DNA of 34,662 bases, taken from an uncultured Verrucomicrobiota bacterium. GTDB taxonomy: Bacteria > Verrucomicrobiota > Verrucomicrobiia > Limisphaerales > UBA9464. This document shows positions 10,650 to 19,176 of the stretch, piece after piece. Under the pieces are notes generated by a model, which made no database searches, was not told the origin of the DNA, and saw only the letters and a list, made by a program, of their open reading frames with translations. A program made the translations under genes and the position numbers. The DNA is taken from NCBI GenBank assembly GCA_903864375.1, contig CAIPFS010000696.1, positions 1 through 34,662 on the forward strand, given 5' to 3'. The first letter of the stretch is position 1; every line of letters begins with the position of its first letter.

Positions 10650-10765
10650 GAGCCCAACCAGTTCAGCAGGTGCGGCAGCGGTTCGTCAAACGCCGAGGAC
10701 GATTTGTCGGAGATCAACCGATATTCCTTTTGATTTCGGGGGAAACCGTCTGGATCTTGCGGCAG

Positions 10766-11317
10766 ATGAATGTGCCCATCGATCAAAGCAGGAAACTCCT
10801 GGAGGTGTTGCGGGCCCGGTTTGAGAAGCACATGAGCCGCCACAAAGGACTCGAATGGACCGCTATCCAGGAGCAATTGGAGTCCAGGCCCGGGAAGCTC
10901 CGGTCACTCCATGAAATGGAAGGCACCGGCGGTGAACCCGATGTGGTGGGATATGATCGAAAGGCGGACGAATACCTCTTTTTTGACTGCTCTCCGGAGA
11001 CACCCAAAGGGCGGACCAGCGTGTGCTACGATCGGGAGGCACTCATTTCGCGGAAGGAAGCCCCACCGGCAGATAGCGCCATCGATATGGCTTCAGCGAT
11101 GGGGATTGAGCTCCTGACCGAAGAGCAGTATCTGGATCTGCAAAGGCTGGGAGAATTCGATGTCAAGACGTCGAGCTGGTTAAAAACACCGGCGGAGTTC
11201 AGGCGCCAGGGTGGAGCTCTTTTCGGGGATCGCCGGTATGGGCGGGTCTTCGTTTATCAGAATAGCGCTCCCTGTTATTATCGCGTTCGAGGGTTCCGGG
11301 GATGTCTCAGGGTGTGA
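10766..11317 (+). CDS. DUF4256 domain protein
   Basis: RFEKHMSRH.GLEW, EMEGTGGEPDVVG, DCSPETPKGR.SVCYDREAL, FDVKTSSWL and GGALFGDRRY..VFVY are characteristic. Likely start ATG 10766. Confidence 0.82.
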   Translation: MNVPIDQSRKLLEVLRARFEKHMSRHKGLEWTAIQEQLESRPGKLRSLHEMEGTGGEPDVVGYDRKADEYLFFDCSPETPKGRTSVCYDREALISRKEAPPADSAIDMASAMGIELLTEEQYLDLQRLGEFDVKTSSWLKTPAEFRRQGGALFGDRRYGRVFVYQNSAPCYYRVRGFRGCLRV

Positions 11318-11471
11318 TTTCAGAGCAAAGCCTTCGATGGTCCATCCGGACATCGATCCACTGACCTGTCCCATCGTTGGTCAACAAGGGTGGCTGGCAT
11401 CGCGAAGGGATGTAAAACAGGGAGATTCAAAACGGGGAGATCCGTGTTTCGACGCAGAGAGTTCGAACGGG

Positions 11472-13421
11472 TTACGGGGTCCCGATGACCGCCCTATAAA
11501 AGCGCTGACCTGCGTTCCCCGCCCCCGAATCGGAGAGGGTCTGAGTGGAGCCATTGAGGGTCAGGGAGGTGAGTGTCTGCCACCCGTTCCCCGGTGCACC
11601 GAGATCCGAGGAGTATTGAACCGTACAGGCGACGCCGTTCATGCCCCGAACGGAGAGCTGATGCGGAGGGCTGAAGGAGAGGGCTGGTGGCGGAAAGACT
11701 CCAAAAACGCCGATGCCGCTGCCCGTTCCCACGTAAACCTTGCCGTTCGAAATCATCGGCGTGGAGAACTTCATCGCAAGCCCCGTCAGATCCCGCACCC
11801 CGGCCTGGGTATTGTCGTAAAGCTCATGTGTGATGTCATTTGCATCGTACGCCCTGAGAATGGCGGAGCTCCCTGAACGAAAACCGCTGGCCTGGATGAT
11901 CCAAAGGATGGCATTGGTGAGGCCATTGGCGGAAAGGCACGGGGATCCGCCGGGAGCTCCCAGGCTTTCAACCGTCTGGGAAACGGGCACGGTCGATAGA
12001 CGGGCGTTGGTGACCGAGTAGCTGTAAAGATAACTGGAGATGAGGTTGATATAGAGCTGGTGATTGAAATAAAGCGGAGCGACACAGCTGGGAATCTGTG
12101 TCGAAACCGCCTGAACAATCTGGTCATTGCCGGTAGGGGAGTTGTGGCCCATATCGTCCCGGTCCACGAGGTAGAGGATACCATCCTTGCCCACCCCGAT
12201 GACCAGATGGGGGTGGGAAGCACTGCCCGCTTCATCTGGCAGGAGGATGGGGCCGCCGGAGCCCAAATCTCCATCCACTGAGGCGAGAAGTGCCTGGTCG
12301 GACGGGGAAAAATAGTCTTGAACCTGAATGCCGTTTCCCGTGGGAGTGGATCCGGAGGCAGGCCCCAGCTTGACGAAGCTGTCACCAAAGTTTGACTGGC
12401 CATCGAAGGTGCCGTTGCCGGTCATGAGGTAAATGCTTCCGTCGGCATCCGCCGCGGGACCCGCCCCGGCCATCCAAATCCCACCGGCAACTCCATTCGG
12501 TGTGTCGTTAAAAACGGACACCTGCTGGAGCGTTCTGGCATCATAGCCAAGGAGCCAGCCATGATAGGGTCCATAGTCGCCCATCGAGGAAAATGCAACG
12601 TAGACGACTCCGTTCAGCAGCAGGAGGGCGCTGCGCTGGAGCTGATAAAAATCATTGAACAGTACGGTTCCCCCGATCGAGTTGATGCCCATGCCGGGCG
12701 CCTGGGCTGAGATCTTGATGGGACCCCCAAACTTTTGAGCTCCGGTCGCCACGTCGAGGGCGCAGAGCAGGTGGTAATACGGCGGGTTTATTCCGCCGCT
12801 ATCTTTGACGTGAGCAACCAGATAGAGGGTGCCAGTCCCTGGGTCGATCACGGGCGTTCCGGTAATGCCCAGTTGGGTCAGCGATCCGTCCGTGGTGTTA
12901 TAATCACGGAGGGGGACGGCCGAGGTGCCGGCGGCGGCATCCGTCAGGTGGACGGTCCAGAGCGGTGCCGCTGTGGCACCCGTGTTGGAATCCGCATCGT
13001 AGGCATAGACGCTATCGTTCTCGGTCACTGCATACACCACATTGTGGACTCCTTTGCCTGGAATGGACACGCCTGTGAGGTACAACGGCTGGGCGTACAG
13101 AAAGTCGTCCGTGGGAAGGTTGAAGAGCAGGCCGAACGTGTTGGAATGGACCAGAGCGGGTGTAAGAAACGTTTCATGAGTGTTCAATCCCGATCGCGCC
13201 GTGTCGTAGTGCCAGGTGGTGACGTTGACGGGAGTAAGCGAACCCTCCGCGGGTGGGGTCGAACCCCAAAGGGAAAGGGCCACCCCTGGTATGAGGAGGG
13301 CTAGGAGGAGGAGTCGATGAAGGACCCCGTTTATCAACGTTCCGCTCACGCGCCTCCCGCTGTGCCGTCCAGGCCCCCGGCAGGATGAGACGTTGTGGAC
13401 GTGATCGGATTCAAGGTTCAT
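11472..13421 (-). CDS. Secreted PQQ-repeat-like beta-propeller protein with small C-terminal beta domain
   Basis: VTTWHYDTARSGLN.HET.LTP, YAQPLY, GITGTPVID, QRSALLL, YHGWLLGYD, GGIWMAG, DLGSGGP, KFSTP.ISNGKVYVG. Hydrophobic signal segment LLLLALLIPGVALSLWG. Start codon uncertain. Confidence 0.7.
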   Translation of the reverse strand: MNLESDHVHNVSSCRGPGRHSGRRVSGTLINGVLHRLLLLALLIPGVALSLWGSTPPAEGSLTPVNVTTWHYDTARSGLNTHETFLTPALVHSNTFGLLFNLPTDDFLYAQPLYLTGVSIPGKGVHNVVYAVTENDSVYAYDADSNTGATAAPLWTVHLTDAAAGTSAVPLRDYNTTDGSLTQLGITGTPVIDPGTGTLYLVAHVKDSGGINPPYYHLLCALDVATGAQKFGGPIKISAQAPGMGINSIGGTVLFNDFYQLQRSALLLLNGVVYVAFSSMGDYGPYHGWLLGYDARTLQQVSVFNDTPNGVAGGIWMAGAGPAADADGSIYLMTGNGTFDGQSNFGDSFVKLGPASGSTPTGNGIQVQDYFSPSDQALLASVDGDLGSGGPILLPDEAGSASHPHLVIGVGKDGILYLVDRDDMGHNSPTGNDQIVQAVSTQIPSCVAPLYFNHQLYINLISSYLYSYSVTNARLSTVPVSQTVESLGAPGGSPCLSANGLTNAILWIIQASGFRSGSSAILRAYDANDITHELYDNTQAGVRDLTGLAMKFSTPMISNGKVYVGTGSGIGVFGVFPPPALSFSPPHQLSVRGMNGVACTVQYSSDLGAPGNGWQTLTSLTLNGSTQTLSDSGAGNAGQRFYRAVIGTP

Positions 13422-13849
13422 TCGGATGGTCTGGGGGGATCGGGCGCCTGATGAAGCCGATGGCCCATGGTTGTGCCATGCGGGATCCGGCAGGGAATAC
13501 ATGCGATCGCGCCTCCTTTCGAAATCGGAAGCAATTCATGTGCCGATGGGTTCAGAATCAGAAGGTGCGGTAGTTCCGATACGAAAGGCCCGGCACCTGC
13601 ACACGATTCAGGGACGCAGGCGGAGCGGAAATGGCCGGTTCCCGAGAGTCGATATCCCGTTCATGCAACGCCGTTCGCCATTCCCGGCGGCCATCACTCC
13701 CCGTGCGCCTGGGACAGCAACGGTGGAAAGAAACTGATCGCTTGAGGACAGTCGGTCACCGGGTTTGCATTCTGGGGAGTCCGGCAGATTCTCTTATTCC
13801 AGGTCTCGATTCCCTGCATTTGAACCGCTCGGGTGGGGTCTTCTGGATT

Positions 13850-15850
13850 TTACGGCGTCCAGCGGTAGAGCAGGTTTTTCCCCCTCCAATCCTCCTCGAC
13901 GAGGACCAGGTATTCACCGTTCTGACGTTTCATTGCCGCAAGCGCATAAGGCATGTCCTGCCAGCCGGCATTGCCGCCAACTTCCGGGCCCGGGACGAAA
14001 CCACCGACATAGGTGCCGTCGTTGGCCTTAAGAATATGGGTCGGCTGTCGGTTCTCCTCGGGCTTGACCATGCCCACAAAAATATAGTCGCCCGCCACGG
14101 CAAAGGATTGAGGGGAAAGCGGTGTGCCTTTGTCGGTTCCCTTGGGATTGACCGGCAGCCGGATGGTCCATCGGACGGTTTTGTTTCCGTGAACCCAGCC
14201 GTCGTAACGGCGCAGGGTCTTTCCCACGACACCCCACGATTCGTTCTCATCGCTCTTGAGATACCCGCTGACATACAGCGTGTCGGTCGCCGCCTCGTAA
14301 TGGACCCGCCGCACGACCTCAAAGTCATCCGGCCAGGGCCAGGAGTCTGGTTTTGCCGTCTCAAAGCGCGGCAGGGCATCGTCACTCCACCCCAGGAATC
14401 GGAATCGGTGAATCGTCCGACCTTGCGCGTCGCCGTGCCAGATGTCGCCGTTCTCAGAGACGTTCCACGCCCAGGTTTCGCCCGGAGCGGTGATGCGACC
14501 GACAGGTCTGGCGATCAAGCCCCCGGATCCATCAAACGCAAACAATTGATATCCGCCGCCGTATTGGCCGATGCCATAAAGCAATCGACGACCTTGAAGG
14601 TGGCGGAGGAAAACCGTCATTGCTGAACTTGCCCGAGAGTCTCCGGGGTATGTGATGTGGTCGACCGTGGTCGCTCGCTGCCGCCAGATCAGGCCGCCTT
14701 TCCCGGATTCAAGATCGAGATCGAACAGGGCGGTCCGGCTGTAAACCACCTTGCCATCCGCATCTGGATCGAAACCAAAGGTGTCCACGAAGGCGTGATT
14801 GGCCAGTTCCCATCGCAGCTTCCCGTCCGGAGTGAACGAGCGAACCACGAGCGTTCCAACCGGTGCCCCGTTGAAACCAAGGGCGACGTAAAGGTTGCCC
14901 GCTGAATCTGTCCCCGCTCCACGGAGGGCATAGAGTTTGGTGGAAGAGGATGCACCCGGCGTTCCGGAGCGAATACCCCCTTGATCGCCGAACGTGGAGA
15001 CGAGCTTTGGGATGGCTTCGCCCACGTCGAAGATTTTCACCTGCTGGTCCTGACCGTCATCGCAGACGATGAGCCGTCCGCGTTGGTCAAAGGCAAGCGC
15101 TGTCGGTTTGGCAACGAAATCCAGGCCGGAAAACAATTCCACGCCGGTGACGTCAAAATGCTTCACGTTTGTGCCCGCCAGAACCCACAATGAATGGTCC
15201 GGTGCAAAAGCGACATCCGTGGCGGACGCAACCGTGAAGTGAGTGATCCGGCTGAAGTCGGATGCCCGACGCAGATCAATCTGATTGGTGTAAACCAAGG
15301 CGAGGACCCCCTCCTTCGCGGCGAGACCCAGCGCCTTGTCCGGCATTTCCTGCTCGTCGGAAAATTTCGCCGAATTGAGGTTTCCCGGCATCCAGGTGAA
15401 CCGGAGCAATTGCCCGCCGGTATTGGCGATAAAGATATTGGTTCCGTCCGCGGCGACGGCGCGGTTGCCGGTGCTCCAACCCCAGGCAGATTCCCGACCC
15501 CTCTCCTTCTTGAGGAGGACGCGGTTCACCTGACCGTCCTTGTAGAGCCCGATACACCGCCCTGCTTCATCCCAATCGGTGCCGGCAATGACCGTGCCAT
15601 CCGGGGTGACCTCAATCTCATCCGCACCATTCTGCACCCAGTAGCCCTGTCCGTTGGGGCCGCCATCCCCTGGGAACGAATTACCCACCCAGCTGGTGGT
15701 ATACTGTCCAGGCGGGGCTTTGAAAGCCGGCGTCTGAGCCAGGCCGATTGTTGCCGAAACAACGCTCAAAAACGGGATGACCGCACGGACCACGAGCGCG
15801 CAGGAACGGGACCCAGGGGTTTGGATTGGTTTCATTGGAATACGTTTCAT
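13850..15850 (-). CDS. Secreted NHL/six-bladed beta-propeller-like protein, function unknown
   Basis: Long ORF with a signal peptide (…SATIGLA-QT) and NHL-like repeats (KPTALAFDQRGRLIVCDDG..QQVKIFD; LRGAGTDSAGNLYV). Start 15850 or 15835. Confidence 0.65.
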   Translation of the reverse strand: MKRIPMKPIQTPGSRSCALVVRAVIPFLSVVSATIGLAQTPAFKAPPGQYTTSWVGNSFPGDGGPNGQGYWVQNGADEIEVTPDGTVIAGTDWDEAGRCIGLYKDGQVNRVLLKKERGRESAWGWSTGNRAVAADGTNIFIANTGGQLLRFTWMPGNLNSAKFSDEQEMPDKALGLAAKEGVLALVYTNQIDLRRASDFSRITHFTVASATDVAFAPDHSLWVLAGTNVKHFDVTGVELFSGLDFVAKPTALAFDQRGRLIVCDDGQDQQVKIFDVGEAIPKLVSTFGDQGGIRSGTPGASSSTKLYALRGAGTDSAGNLYVALGFNGAPVGTLVVRSFTPDGKLRWELANHAFVDTFGFDPDADGKVVYSRTALFDLDLESGKGGLIWRQRATTVDHITYPGDSRASSAMTVFLRHLQGRRLLYGIGQYGGGYQLFAFDGSGGLIARPVGRITAPGETWAWNVSENGDIWHGDAQGRTIHRFRFLGWSDDALPRFETAKPDSWPWPDDFEVVRRVHYEAATDTLYVSGYLKSDENESWGVVGKTLRRYDGWVHGNKTVRWTIRLPVNPKGTDKGTPLSPQSFAVAGDYIFVGMVKPEENRQPTHILKANDGTYVGGFVPGPEVGGNAGWQDMPYALAAMKRQNGEYLVLVEEDWRGKNLLYRWTP

Positions 15851-16141
15851 CCTGGCGGATCGCACAGTGGACTACCGAGGGTTGGGTCGTCGAGCTGGCG
15901 GCCCCGCTACGGCCTGTCGTGAGTTCGTCATTCAGGAACTGCCCTGCGCCAGTCGCCTGGCCTTCCCCGAGGCTGGCAAAAACATGCCGGCATCCCGTTC
16001 GATGTCCACAGGGAGTTTGATTCATGTCACGGTCCTCATCCGATCGGCAGGAACCAGCGGCCGCCCTTCCGCGCCAGCATTGCTCCTTGGGGGATTCCTT
16101 TCTCCCTTCCCAAATGGAGCGCGCCGGACATCATCCGGGCC

Positions 16142-16936
16142 ATGAAGTACAGCTATGCCGAATTGGCAAAGATGATCGACCATTCCCTGCTTCACCCGAC
16201 CATGACCGATCAGGACCTGGAAGACGGCTGCCGGTTGGCCGCCCGATACCAGGTGGCATCGGTGTGCATCAAGCCCTACGCGGTCAAACGGGCCGCAGAA
16301 TTGCTTCAAGGCACCGGTGTCCTTGTGGGTGCGGTCATCGGCTTTCCCCACGGCAATTCCACCAGCGAATCCAAGCGTTACGAAACCGAGCTCGCCTGCG
16401 CCGATGGTGCTGCCGAAATCGACATGGTCATCAATATTGGCAAGGCGCTGGGAGGCGATTGGGCCTACGTCGAAGCGGATGTACGGATCGTCTGTGACGA
16501 AGCGCATCGCCACGGAGCAAAGGTGAAGGTTATTTTTGAGAACGATTACCTGACCAAAGGCGGTGCCGGTCTGGGCAGTGACGACTTCAAACGAAAGCTT
16601 TGCGTTCTATGCGAGCGTGCCGGAGCGGACTGGGTGAAGACATCGACGGGTTACGGGTTCGTGAAGCAGCCCGATGGAAGTTATAATTACAAGGGGGCGA
16701 CTGAGCACGATCTCGCCCTGATGCGAGCCGCGGTCTCCTCCCGCGTTCAGGTCAAGGCGGCAGGTGGCGTGCGCGACCTCGACGGATTGATACGCGTCCG
16801 GGATTTGGGCGGCTCCCGGTGCGGTGCCACGGCCACGGCCGTCATGATGGACGAGTACCGGCGACGGGAAGCCGCCGAGGCAGCCGGTGGTGTCGAGGAG
16901 AAAATCTCAGGGCAACTGGGTGCGGGCGGATACTAG
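16142..16936 (+). CDS. deoC: Deoxyribose-phosphate aldolase
   Basis: IDHSLLHP, ASVCIKP, VIGFPHG, GAAEIDMVINIG, KVIFE, Schiff-base lysine in WVKTSTG, and VKAAGGVR. Confidence 0.95.
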   Translation: MKYSYAELAKMIDHSLLHPTMTDQDLEDGCRLAARYQVASVCIKPYAVKRAAELLQGTGVLVGAVIGFPHGNSTSESKRYETELACADGAAEIDMVINIGKALGGDWAYVEADVRIVCDEAHRHGAKVKVIFENDYLTKGGAGLGSDDFKRKLCVLCERAGADWVKTSTGYGFVKQPDGSYNYKGATEHDLALMRAAVSSRVQVKAAGGVRDLDGLIRVRDLGGSRCGATATAVMMDEYRRREAAEAAGGVEEKISGQLGAGGY

Positions 16937-17024
16937 TTCTGGTGGGCTATCTTTTGATGGAGTCCTTTTGCAGGCGAAACCATCTTCACCCCATTCAAAA
17001 ACAACCCGGTAGAACCCGGAGTGC

Positions 17025-18125
17025 CTACTGGCTCAGCGGATTGCTGACCCCGACGCCACCAAAGCTGCTATCCACGGCGTGGCCGCCTTCATTGGCCGCG
17101 ACCGTACGGACAAAGGTGTCGGTGATCAATTTTGCATACCGTTCAAGCGTCCGGAAGGGGCTGCGGGGAACATAGACGATATCTCCTGCCTGCAGACTCA
17201 CGTCTTTCTGGCGGCCCAGATAGATGGCCTGAAAGTTGACCAATCCGATCCGGGGCTCGGAGAGCGACCCGCGCACAATGGCCACCTGACTGACATAGGC
17301 ATCCGGCGTGGTTCCCAGGGCTTTGGCAATGGCGGTGGTCAGGGTCATGTGATCGACATACCCCAACGGACGAGGGCCCCGGACCGCTCCGAGAACATAG
17401 ATCTGAGCGGAAAGCGAGGAAGGCAGGTAGATGAAGTCGTCCGGCTCGAGATAGATGTTCTGCGTCGTATCACCCTGTCGCAACAACCGTTGAAAATTGA
17501 CGGGCAGCATCTCGCCGCTGCGAATTAAGAAACTGTGATTGAGATCAGCCAACTCCTCCGTGGTTCCCGTGAAGCGCGAAGTGAAGAGTCCGCCGGCCCT
17601 GGAAATGGCCTCGATCACCGTCATGGGTGCGTCCAGCGGAAAGACGCCCGATTTGTTAAGCCGCCCCATGACCCAGACCCTTTTGCTTTCAGCCCGTGTC
17701 AATTGCAGCGATAACTGAGGGTGCTGGTAGTATTGGGTCAGCTCTTTTTCCAGCTTCAATCGGGCTTCCTCGAGGGTCAGCGCCCAGACATCCATTCCAG
17801 GAAGTAGATCGAAATAGATTTTTCCATCGGCACAGACAAAAGTCGTCGTCCGCGTGCCTGTACGCCCGAGGATTTCCAGTTCAATACGGTCGCCGGGGCC
17901 CAGACGGTAGGGCTCGGTGGACGGTCGGAGCCATTCCGGACGTATCTGATTCGAGCTCACCACGCTGGTCAGATTGGTGGCGGGAGCTCCCACGGGGGCC
18001 GGGGTGGTTGCCCGGGGGTCAAATTTCTTGGCCACCAGAACCGATTCCGGCGCACAACCCGCCCAAAAAATTGCCATGGCCACCAGCAGGGGAGGGATGG
18101 GGATTCGGAAAAAGTTCCTGTTCAT
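17025..18125 (-). CDS. Polysaccharide export outer-membrane lipoprotein (Wza/OPX family), paralogue 2
   Basis: Lipobox-like FWAG-C, YRLGPGD...DGKIYFDLL Poly_export domain, SLBB domains (VWVMGRLNKSG, IYVLGAVRGP) and a C-terminal amphipathic helix. Confidence 0.88.
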   Translation of the reverse strand: MNRNFFRIPIPPLLVAMAIFWAGCAPESVLVAKKFDPRATTPAPVGAPATNLTSVVSSNQIRPEWLRPSTEPYRLGPGDRIELEILGRTGTRTTTFVCADGKIYFDLLPGMDVWALTLEEARLKLEKELTQYYQHPQLSLQLTRAESKRVWVMGRLNKSGVFPLDAPMTVIEAISRAGGLFTSRFTGTTEELADLNHSFLIRSGEMLPVNFQRLLRQGDTTQNIYLEPDDFIYLPSSLSAQIYVLGAVRGPRPLGYVDHMTLTTAIAKALGTTPDAYVSQVAIVRGSLSEPRIGLVNFQAIYLGRQKDVSLQAGDIVYVPRSPFRTLERYAKLITDTFVRTVAANEGGHAVDSSFGGVGVSNPLSQ

Positions 18126-18126
18126 G

Positions 18127-19176
18127 TCACTTGATTCCAGGGACCACCGGGCTGGTGATCAGGGGTCCGATGTTTTTGCCGGTCCAGGTGGTCACGACCG
18201 TCTGGATGAATGAAGTGACCGCAAGGTCGGCGAGGTCCTCCACCCGAATCCACGGACGGTTGGACACGTATACCAGGTCGCGGGGCAGCAGCCGGAAGTC
18301 GGAACCCTTGCCGGCGAGGATGTCCTTGGTATCGACGATGAAACGCTCGGGATTCTCGAGGCTGCCCCGGACAACCAGCACCCGCTGGCGGAAGGCGTTT
18401 TCAGTGAAGCCACCGGCCAGCGTGATGGAGCCGAGGACACTGGCGTCAATGGAGAGCCCCTGGGCGCCGGGCGATCCCACGGCACCCAGCACGTAGATCT
18501 CATTATTCACCGAGGACGGAAAATAAAGGTAGTCGTCGGGTTCGATCAGGATGTTCTGGCTCAAATCCCCACGGCGAAACAGCTTGTCGAGGTCAATGGG
18601 AACCCGCTGATGATTCCGGATCAGAAAGCTGCGGGGCAGATCCGCCAGCTCCACTGTGTTGAGCTGAAAAATGCCTGTTTCAAGTCCACCCGCCTGAGCC
18701 ACGGCCTCGATGACGGTCATGGGACGCTCCAGTGTAAATGCTCCCTTATTAATCACCTTGCCAAGAATATAGAATTTTTTGCTCCTCAATTCCCCGGGGG
18801 TCACGATGACGCGGGGGCGGATGTAGTACCTGGACAGTTCAGAGGCGACGGCCTCCCGAAGCTCGTCGATGGTCTTCCCGGCGGCCATCACCCCAAGGGC
18901 CTGGAGGTAATTCACGCGTCCGTCAGGGGCGATGACGACATTGGGGCGGGCCAGTTCGGGATGTCCGTAAAAGGAGAATCCGATGACGTCGTTGGGTCCC
19001 AGGGTGTAGTGCTCCTGCCAGGCGGCCTTGATTCTGGAATTGCTGCCCGAAAACACCAGCGGAGCCGACGGCTTCGGCGCGGTGGGAATGATGGCTTCGT
19101 CGGCGCGGGCGATGACGAGCGCCAGACAGACGGCAAGGAAGATCCGACACCCGGGGAAGCGGGAGGAAGAGCTCAT
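18127..19176 (-). CDS. Polysaccharide export protein (Wza/OPX family), paralogue 1
   Basis: YTLGPND...PDGRVNYL..AAGKTIDELR Poly_export domain and SLBB domains (FYILGKVINKG, IYVLGAVGSPG). ATG 19176 overlaps the upstream stop (ATGA). Confidence 0.88.
   Translation of the reverse strand: MSSSSRFPGCRIFLAVCLALVIARADEAIIPTAPKPSAPLVFSGSNSRIKAAWQEHYTLGPNDVIGFSFYGHPELARPNVVIAPDGRVNYLQALGVMAAGKTIDELREAVASELSRYYIRPRVIVTPGELRSKKFYILGKVINKGAFTLERPMTVIEAVAQAGGLETGIFQLNTVELADLPRSFLIRNHQRVPIDLDKLFRRGDLSQNILIEPDDYLYFPSSVNNEIYVLGAVGSPGAQGLSIDASVLGSITLAGGFTENAFRQRVLVVRGSLENPERFIVDTKDILAGKGSDFRLLPRDLVYVSNRPWIRVEDLADLAVTSFIQTVVTTWTGKNIGPLITSPVVPGIK

Noticed and set aside
13422-13849. Long intergenic region as a possible ncRNA or small gene
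   Set aside because: No recognisable RNA motif, strong hairpin or credible ORF seen by eye.
16022-16513. 163-aa minus-strand ORF
   Set aside because: Antisense to deoC, which has all expected motifs.
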